Assembly: GCA_934183325.1 (NCBI GenBank)
Contig: CAKPSH010000007.1
Coordinates: forward strand, 1,029-65,028
Length of the DNA: 64,000 nt
Direction of reading: 5' to 3'
From: an uncultured Clostridia bacterium
Lineage (GTDB): Bacteria; Bacillota; Clostridia; TANB77; CAG-508
Shown piece after piece: positions 57,690 through 64,000 of the stretch (its first letter is position 1; every line of letters begins with the position of its first letter). The position numbers and the translations under genes are program-made. The notes under the pieces were generated by a model. The model made no database searches, had not been told where the DNA came from, and saw nothing but the letters and a program-made list of their open reading frames with translations.

Positions 57690-57718
57690 ATTATACTATT
57701 TTATAAGCATTTTGTCAA
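57690..57718 (-). promoter_or_regulatory. promoter of cassette D
   Basis: TTGACA (57718-57713), 17 nt, TATAAT (57695-57690). Confidence 0.6.
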
Positions 57719-57749
57719 TTTTTAAGCTCTATTCCTGGTTGTTCTTTAT

Positions 57750-58454
57750 TTACATTGATATTTGTAAAAAGCTCATTATTATTGCTGCTATGTAATATAT
57801 TCCTTCTATTATAGCAAAAGTCTTTATAAATTTTTTATCATCATCTTCATTAAAAATAAACTTAATTCCAAAATACAATAACACTGTACTAATAACAGAA
57901 CACAAAGTTGTAAATCTTGTTGTTAATCTTGAAATATCACTACTAAATAATACTAATAATGATATAACTCTTGCCATTACTACTGGAAGTTTTGTAGCAG
58001 TAACAACAGATATTATTGTCATTAATCCCTTATCTTTGTTCTTATTCATTACAAATATTATTAATGACATTATAAACACTATTGCAATTGGTGAAAGTAT
58101 TAATTTTATTATAGGTAATATATATCTAAAAACATTAATTGTTCTTATTCCTGCTGAAAAAGAAATAAGTACTGCTAAAATCCACACAGCCACTAATATT
58201 ATTGAATATTTAAAATAACTATTATTTGTATCATTTGCAATCTTTTTCAATTCTTCTATTGGATTTTTAAACATTCCAAATATGAAATTTTTTGTTTCAT
58301 TTGCATTTTTCTTTAAATCCTCCTTATTAAAAGACCCCTTTACTTGGTCTTTTACTTCATTAAAAGTATTAGCTGTTTCTTTTAATATTTCATCTGTATT
58401 TATTTTGTTTTCTTTTACTTCTTCAGTATCATTATTTTTGTTTTCTTCTTCCAT
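57750..58454 (-). CDS. polytopic membrane protein with an acidic N-terminal tail, unknown function
   Basis: 234 aa. Charged N-terminal 90 residues followed by about 5 TM helices. Host-like composition. Confidence 0.65.
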   Translation of the reverse strand: MEEENKNNDTEEVKENKINTDEILKETANTFNEVKDQVKGSFNKEDLKKNANETKNFIFGMFKNPIEELKKIANDTNNSYFKYSIILVAVWILAVLISFSAGIRTINVFRYILPIIKLILSPIAIVFIMSLIIFVMNKNKDKGLMTIISVVTATKLPVVMARVISLLVLFSSDISRLTTRFTTLCSVISTVLLYFGIKFIFNEDDDKKFIKTFAIIEGIYYIAAIIMSFLQISM

Positions 58455-58685
58455 TTTTCAAATTCAGTTAAACTTTAAATTTAACTTTCTCCTTTCCTCT
58501 TTATTACACTGTATATTATAATATTTTTTCAATATATTGTCATTATTTTTTTGAAATTTTTTTCATTTTGTGTAATTTTTGTTTGAATATTTATTTTATT
58601 TTTTTCTAACAATAATAATAAGTTTATTTGTATAAAATCGTTTTATACATTCTAACTTTTATTTTTATATATGGAGGTTTTTATA

Positions 58686-59132
58686 ATGTTTAAGAAAATT
58701 TTAGCAATATCATTAACATTTTTAGTAGCTTTATTTATATCATCTACTGTCTTTGCAAATTCTGAAAACGTAATGGAAAATGGTAAAAATGCTATTAATA
58801 ATATAATGCATGATGCACAAAATATGGTTACAAATGCTACTGACGGAATAAAAGATGCTACTGGAAGCTTTGAAAATAGTGCAAATAATATGACAAATGA
58901 CCTAAAAGATAATGAAAATATTGATGATAATATGAATAATAGAAATACAACTGCAGTGCCTGGTGGTACTTCTGGCTTAGATGATTATTCTGCAACCAGA
59001 ACAACTACAACTAATATAACCAATAATTCATTTTCTATAATGTGGATAATTTTAGCTGTTGCTGTTTTAGTTATAGTAGCAGCCCTTTGGTTTTATGCTA
59101 CGCAAAATAATATTGATAATAATAGGCATTAA
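58686..59132 (+). CDS. secreted/C-terminally anchored Asn-rich protein
   Basis: ORF 58671-59132, start moved to MFKKILAISL (ATG 58686) after GGAGG. Signal peptide, N/D/T-rich middle and a C-terminal TM helix. Confidence 0.6.
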   Translation: MFKKILAISLTFLVALFISSTVFANSENVMENGKNAINNIMHDAQNMVTNATDGIKDATGSFENSANNMTNDLKDNENIDDNMNNRNTTAVPGGTSGLDDYSATRTTTTNITNNSFSIMWIILAVAVLVIVAALWFYATQNNIDNNRH

Positions 59133-59153
59133 TTTTATTTTTTTATATATCGT

Positions 59154-59195
59154 AAAAAGTAATTCTAATTTTTCTAATTTTAGAATTACTTTTTA
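59154..59195 (+). terminator. intrinsic terminator of the Asn-rich protein gene
   Basis: AAAAGTAATTCTA/TAGAATTACTTTT hairpin plus T-run. Confidence 0.65.
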
Positions 59196-59382
59196 TTGTA
59201 CATACCTTACAACATATTGTTTCAACTTCATACTCTTTTTCTATCTATCCAAATTTCTAACAATTACTTTAGCTATCAAATAATATTCCCCTTTTGTTAT
59301 ACTCAAAAACATTTTTATGCATTTGAATTTTTCTATAATCAATGCTATAATAGTTACGATTTACTTTTGAAAGGAGCTTATT

Positions 59383-59841
59383 ATGTCTGATAGAATAAAA
59401 GTAATTGCAAATAACCCAAGTGCAAATCATAATTATACAATAAATGATAAAATTGAAGCCGGTATTGTTTTAACTGGTACAGAAATAAAATCAATTAGAA
59501 AAGGAAGAGTTAATTTAAAAGAAAGCTATGTCAATATAAAAAATGGAGAGGTATTTGTTTATGGAATGCATATTAGTCCATATGAACAAGGAAACATTTA
59601 TAATAAAGATCCTTTAAGAGATAGAAAACTATTATTAAATAAAAGAGAGATTTTTCGTCTATTAGGACTTATAAAACAACAAGGTTGTTCGCTTGTACCT
59701 TTGAGTCTATATTTTAAAAATAATATAATAAAACTCGAAGTTGGTATTGGAAAAGGTAAAAAATTGTATGATAAAAGACAAGATATTGCAAAAAAAGATG
59801 CTGAACGTAGAATGCAACAAGCTATGAAAAATAGATATTAA
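59383..59841 (+). CDS. smpB: SsrA-binding protein SmpB
   Basis: 152 aa, ...NHNYTINDKIEAGIVLTGTEIKSIR...LLLNKREI... pattern. Confidence 0.95.
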   Translation: MSDRIKVIANNPSANHNYTINDKIEAGIVLTGTEIKSIRKGRVNLKESYVNIKNGEVFVYGMHISPYEQGNIYNKDPLRDRKLLLNKREIFRLLGLIKQQGCSLVPLSLYFKNNIIKLEVGIGKGKKLYDKRQDIAKKDAERRMQQAMKNRY

Positions 59842-59844
59842 AAA

Positions 59845-59886
59845 AACTACCTCATAATGTTATTTCAACATTTGAGGTAGTTTTTA
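59845..59886 (+). terminator. intrinsic terminator of smpB
   Basis: AACTACCTCA...TGAGGTAGTT hairpin followed by TTTTT. Confidence 0.8.
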
Positions 59887-59953
59887 TATTTAAATTCAAG
59901 TTATTTATAAAAAATTAATTTTCTTATGTTTATATAAATATTTGGAATTTTTT

Positions 59954-60118
59954 TTATCTTCCGCAACATCCAAAGTTTGTAAATAATAATAAAAATATTA
60001 TTATAAAAAATAATATTTCACTGTTTCCACAGCTATTTCCACCAAATAAATTTCCTAAACCTCCACAACAATTGTTATTATTGTTTGAGCAACCACAATT
60101 TCTTGATTCTTCTGGCAT
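59954..60118 (-). CDS. unannotated 54-aa Cys/Gly/Asn-rich protein with a C-terminal TM helix
   Basis: Own reading: GGAGGAACATATT, then ATG 60118 and MPEESRNCGCSNNNNNCCGGLGNLFGGNSCGNSEILFFIIIFLLLFTNFGCCGR, then TAA 59956-59954. Below the 60-aa cutoff of the ORF track. Confidence 0.6.
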   Translation of the reverse strand: MPEESRNCGCSNNNNNCCGGLGNLFGGNSCGNSEILFFIIIFLLLFTNFGCCGR

Positions 60119-60237
60119 AATATGTTCCTCCTTTTATAAACATTCATATAATATACTATGAATATTATCTTTTTTATGATACAATATATTGTGAAATCAT
60201 AAGTAATTTAAATGAAATAAGAAAGGTAATAATATAA

Positions 60238-62652
60238 ATGAACAATAAAATAGAACTATTAGCACCAGCTGGTAATTTGGACTGCTTAAAGGCAGCAGTT
60301 CAAAATGGAGCTGATGCAATTTATATTGGTGCTTCAAGTTTTAGTGCTAGAGCTGGGGCTACCAATTTTAATAAAGAGCAATTAAAAGAAGCTGTTGATT
60401 ATGCACATATACGAAATGTAAAAATCCATTTAGCACTAAATACTCTAATAAAAAATAATGAATTAGATTCTGCATTAAATCTAGCTACCTATGCTTATGA
60501 GATTGGTGTAGATGCAATTATTATACAAGATTTAGGACTAGCAAAAATTTTGATTAAAAGTTTTCCAAAAATGCCTATACATGCTAGTACACAAATGACC
60601 ATTCATAATTTAGAAGGTGTTCAACAAGCAGAAAAATTAGGTTTTTCTAGAGTAATCTTATCTAGAGAACTTTCACTTGATGAAATTAATTATATTTGTA
60701 GAAATTCAAATATAGAAATTGAATCTTTTGTTCACGGTGCCCTTTGTATTTCATATTCTGGTCAATGCTTGTTTTCAAGTATGATTGGCGGTCGTTCTGC
60801 TAATCGTGGAAAATGTGCACAAGCTTGTAGGCTTCCTTATGAGCTATTGGAAGATAATAAAACCACCATAGACAGAGGCTTTTTATTAAGTCCACGTGAT
60901 CTATGTGGTCTAGACTATCTTAAAGGACTCATTTCATCTGGTCTATCTTCTTTAAAAATTGAAGGTCGCTTAAAATCACCTGAGTATGTTGCAACAGTTA
61001 CTAAAATATATAGAAAATATATTGATTTATACTATAAAGACGGTAATTTTAAAATTGATGATGAAGATAGAATTGCCCTACTTCAGGTATTTAATAGAGG
61101 TGGTTTTTCATCAGGACATTTAACAGATTCACCAAATCATGACCTAATTTTTAAAGAGCGTCCTAGTAATATTGGTGTTTACATTGGAAATGTGTCTAAC
61201 TTTAATTCAAATAAAGGACATATAAAAATCAACTTAGCAAGTCCTGTTGAAATTGGTGATACTGTAACTTTTGAGAAAGAAAATACTAGATATACAATCT
61301 CAGAATTAATGATAGGAAATTCCAATCTACGACAAGCAAACATTGGGCAAATTGTAACTATTGGCAGAATGAAAGGAAATATACATTTAGGTGACAAAAT
61401 ATATAAGCTTTCTAGTAATTCTCTATCAGAAGATGCTTTAAAGAGTTTTGAAAAAGAAAATAAAAAAATTCTTTTGGATGCAAAAATCACTATAAAAAAA
61501 GATGAACCTATAACCGTTAAATTAAATGCAAATGATGAATTTGCAAACTATAATGATATTACAATCAACTATATTTCTAATATAGTTCCGACCACAGCAC
61601 TAAATCGTCCTATAACAAAAGAACGTATTGCAGAGCAATTTAATAAAACAGGAAATACTCCTTATACTTTTTCTAACTTAGAAATTATATTAGATGACAA
61701 CTTGTATATTTCTCACATTTCTGATTTAAATGAACTAAGACGAACTGTATTACAAGAATTAGAAAATACTATCATAAAAAAATTTACAAGAGTACCAAAT
61801 GAGTTAAAAATGAAAAACAGTCAATTTGAAGATTTTGTTGAAAAGCCTTTAACTAAAAAGACTTCACTATTATTAAATATTTTAAATCTTGATTTTGATT
61901 ATACTATTTTAGAAAATGTTGATAGAATATATCTTCCACTTCATTTTTTCTCTGCTCAAAACTATGAGAAATTAGTAAAACACTTAACTTCAAAGCACAA
62001 AGTATACATCTATATGCCATTAATAATAAAAAACAACTACAAAAATATATTTATAAATACTATAAATGAAGCTTTATCTAAATTTGAAATTGCAGGCTTT
62101 ATTATTTCAAATTTATCTCAGCTTCAACTTTTAAAAGATTACAAATCTAAATATGAATTTATTGGAAATTATACATTAAACGTTTATAATGACTATACTT
62201 CAAGTGAATTGAACAATTTAGGGCTTAATACAATTACACTTTCACCTGAATTAAATAATTTTGATATTGATAATATATGCAAAGGACTTACATCAGAATT
62301 GATTGTTTATGGAAATACCCCATTAATGAATATGAGATATTGCGTATTAGGTAAATCTAATCAATGTTATCCTGAATGCGACAGAAAATGTATTTCACAC
62401 CACAAATATTATTTAAAAGATAGAATGGGCTTCTCTTTACGAGTTATTCCAGACAATATACAAACAATAACAACTATATATAATACAAAAATAACATCAT
62501 TAGCAAGTAAAGATTTAAACATTGATTATGCAAGAATAGATATTCTAGATGAAGATATTGATACCATCAATAATATTATAAAAACTGTAAAATCAGGTAA
62601 ACGTTTAGAAGGACAAGATTACACTAATGGAAATATAAATAGAGATGTATAA
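60238..62652 (+). CDS. peptidase U32 family protein (long form with C-terminal extension)
   Basis: 804 aa, U32 signature ESFVHGALCISYSGQCLFS. Confidence 0.9.
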   Translation: MNNKIELLAPAGNLDCLKAAVQNGADAIYIGASSFSARAGATNFNKEQLKEAVDYAHIRNVKIHLALNTLIKNNELDSALNLATYAYEIGVDAIIIQDLGLAKILIKSFPKMPIHASTQMTIHNLEGVQQAEKLGFSRVILSRELSLDEINYICRNSNIEIESFVHGALCISYSGQCLFSSMIGGRSANRGKCAQACRLPYELLEDNKTTIDRGFLLSPRDLCGLDYLKGLISSGLSSLKIEGRLKSPEYVATVTKIYRKYIDLYYKDGNFKIDDEDRIALLQVFNRGGFSSGHLTDSPNHDLIFKERPSNIGVYIGNVSNFNSNKGHIKINLASPVEIGDTVTFEKENTRYTISELMIGNSNLRQANIGQIVTIGRMKGNIHLGDKIYKLSSNSLSEDALKSFEKENKKILLDAKITIKKDEPITVKLNANDEFANYNDITINYISNIVPTTALNRPITKERIAEQFNKTGNTPYTFSNLEIILDDNLYISHISDLNELRRTVLQELENTIIKKFTRVPNELKMKNSQFEDFVEKPLTKKTSLLLNILNLDFDYTILENVDRIYLPLHFFSAQNYEKLVKHLTSKHKVYIYMPLIIKNNYKNIFINTINEALSKFEIAGFIISNLSQLQLLKDYKSKYEFIGNYTLNVYNDYTSSELNNLGLNTITLSPELNNFDIDNICKGLTSELIVYGNTPLMNMRYCVLGKSNQCYPECDRKCISHHKYYLKDRMGFSLRVIPDNIQTITTIYNTKITSLASKDLNIDYARIDILDEDIDTINNIIKTVKSGKRLEGQDYTNGNINRDV

Positions 62653-62682
62653 CCAAAAGGCAAAAGGAGTTAATAATATAAA

Positions 62683-63525
62683 ATGAAAGAATTAATTGTT
62701 CCAAATAAATATAATAATAAAAAAATTTGCAATTTCATTCTAGATAATTTTAGTGATTTAAAACAAAGTACACTCTTCAAAGCCTTAAGACAAAAAGATA
62801 TTAGAATTAATGATAAAAGAATTAACTCTAATGAAATTGTTCATACTAATGATATAGTAAAAATATATATAGACGATAAACTACTATATCTTTCACCAAA
62901 AATTGATATAATATTTGAAGATCAAAATCTTCTTATTGTTAATAAGCCATCTGGAATTGAAGTAGAAGGTTCTCATTCACTTACAAATATCATACAAGAA
63001 CTTTATCCTTCCGCTTCTCCTTGCCATAGACTTGATAGAAACACTTCTGGTTTGATTATTTTTGCCAAAAATGATACTGCTCTACAAATAATGTTTAACA
63101 AATTTAAAAATCATGAAATTCTAAAATATTATAAATGTACTGTTTACGGTATTCCCAAAGAGAAACATAAAATTTTAAGAGCCTATCTATTTAAAGATAC
63201 AAAAAAATCATTAGTATATATTTCTGATACACCAAAGCCTAAATATAGAGAAATCATTACAGAATACACCATACTATCTTCAAACAAGGATGAAAACACA
63301 TCAAAACTAGAAATACTACTTCACACAGGCAGAACACATCAAATAAGAGCTCATCTTGCACACATAGGCTTTCCAATAATCGGAGACGGGAAATATGGAA
63401 ACAACGAAATAAACAAACACTTCAACAAAAAAACACAAGACCTAACATCCTATAAAATTATTTTCAACTTCACTACAGATGCCGGACAACTAAATTACCT
63501 TAACCAAAAAATTATAGAATTATAA
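62683..63525 (+). CDS. RluA-family pseudouridine synthase
   Basis: S4-like N-terminus, catalytic motif HRLDRNTSGLIIFAK and C-terminal GRTHQIRAHLA. Confidence 0.9.
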   Translation: MKELIVPNKYNNKKICNFILDNFSDLKQSTLFKALRQKDIRINDKRINSNEIVHTNDIVKIYIDDKLLYLSPKIDIIFEDQNLLIVNKPSGIEVEGSHSLTNIIQELYPSASPCHRLDRNTSGLIIFAKNDTALQIMFNKFKNHEILKYYKCTVYGIPKEKHKILRAYLFKDTKKSLVYISDTPKPKYREIITEYTILSSNKDENTSKLEILLHTGRTHQIRAHLAHIGFPIIGDGKYGNNEINKHFNKKTQDLTSYKIIFNFTTDAGQLNYLNQKIIEL

Positions 63526-63535
63526 AATATCCCCA

Positions 63536-63768
63536 ACATATATTAATTTTAGAGTCAATAGCCTCATCAAGCCTGCTGCTCACGGATTACTCCAGCGACC
63601 TGACGAGATTGACAATAAAATCAATCTCATTTGAATTATTCTATAACTTATTTAAAGACCTACATATATTAATTTTAGAATCAATAACCTCGTTAAGCCT
63701 GCTGCTTACGGATTACTCCAGCGACCTGACGAGATTGATGATAAAATTAATTATATGTAGGTCTTAAT
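63536..63768. repeat. tandem direct repeat (2 units, 126-bp period), each with a GC-rich ~60-nt hairpin core
   Basis: Units start at 63536 and 63662 (ACATATATTAATTTTAGA...). Hairpin cores lie at 63554-63613 and 63680-63739. The second unit is enclosed by a further 20-bp inverted repeat (63655-63674 with 63745-63765). Confidence 0.75.
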
Positions 63769-63796
63769 AATTACCATAATAAACAATTAATTATTA

Positions 63797-63970
63797 CTAA
63801 TCATTATTTTCCCCATACTCATAGCTTCCACACATAGACTCATCACATTCACAAGTATCACAATCATCAATTGGCTCTACATTAATTTGAGACAAATTGC
63901 ATAATTCCTTTTCACTATTATTATATTTACAGCTTCTTACTGTACAATTAATTTTTTGATTCTTATCCAT
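63797..63970 (-). CDS. DUF1540-like cysteine-rich small protein
   Basis: ORF 63797-63979, start moved to MDKNQKINCTVRSCKYN (ATG 63970). C.V..C.YN....C....I.V pattern. Confidence 0.7.
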   Translation of the reverse strand: MDKNQKINCTVRSCKYNNSEKELCNLSQINVEPIDDCDTCECDESMCGSYEYGENND

Positions 63971-64000
63971 TACTATCATTCCTTTCTAAATAGAACAGTT

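Noticed and set aside
55495-57718. The GC-rich island as an assembly chimera or contaminant contig join
   Set aside because: The GC-rich segments are only the ORFs and terminators. They are interleaved with host-like AT-rich spacers and promoters, and the island's last terminator shares its U-tract with a host repeat copy. This argues for genuine integration. Read-level verification is still advisable.
59842-60237. tmRNA (ssrA) expected downstream of smpB
   Set aside because: There is no GGGG...tRNA-like 5' end or TPsiC-arm/ACCA 3' end in this interval. It contains only the smpB terminator and the small Cys-rich ORF on the opposite strand.
63598-63630. Hammerhead ribozyme, suggested by CUGACGAG followed by a hairpin
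   Set aside because: The CUGANGA-like box is present, but there is no GAAA box after stem II and no stem I/III arrangement or cleavage-site triplet. The second repeat unit lacks the hairpin.

Overview
This is a low-GC, Clostridia-like Firmicutes chromosomal segment, transcribed almost entirely from the minus strand. Core genes: ftsK, rsmD, rlmH, pgi, rpmE, pnp, rpsO, pflB-pflA, htpG, a heterodimeric ABC exporter with MarR, a Cd/Zn-type P1B ATPase operon with an ArsR repressor and palindromic operator, hup, a MurJ/SpoVB-type flippase, udk, topA, a compact dcw block (murE-mraY-ftsW-murG), thrS with a T-box leader, an MscS channel, smpB, two U32 peptidases and an RluA-type pseudouridine synthase. 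RNA genes: tRNA-Leu(CAA), a tRNA Val-Asp-Phe operon and RNase P RNA. I saw no rRNA, CRISPR array, transposase or integrase. Main anomalies: (1) A 2.2-kb island (55.5-57.7 kb) holds four tandem small-protein cassettes. Each has its own consensus promoter, SD and GC-rich terminator, the coding DNA is far more GC-rich than the host, and the products form one divergent paralog family. (2) Two more stand-alone GC-rich cassettes: a secreted protein at 4.7-5.3 kb and a small ORF with an in-frame TAG at 11.2-11.5 kb, the latter next to a SUKH/SMI1-type immunity-like gene. (3) An orphan promoter-to-terminator unit at 18.6-18.8 kb looks like an unassigned structured ncRNA. (4) A ~118-bp dispersed repeat occurs six times, always directly after the terminator hairpin of a co-oriented upstream gene; two copies are deletion derivatives broken at an internal TTCTAAG. 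(5) An orphan T4 coupling-protein-like ATPase and a replication-relaxation-like protein occur without any other transfer genes. (6) A 1243-aa HExxH protein with an 80-aa partner sits between the dcw block and thrS. (7) A tandem 126-bp repeat carries a covarying GC-rich hairpin at 63.5-63.8 kb. All functional assignments come from motif recognition by eye; no database search was possible.
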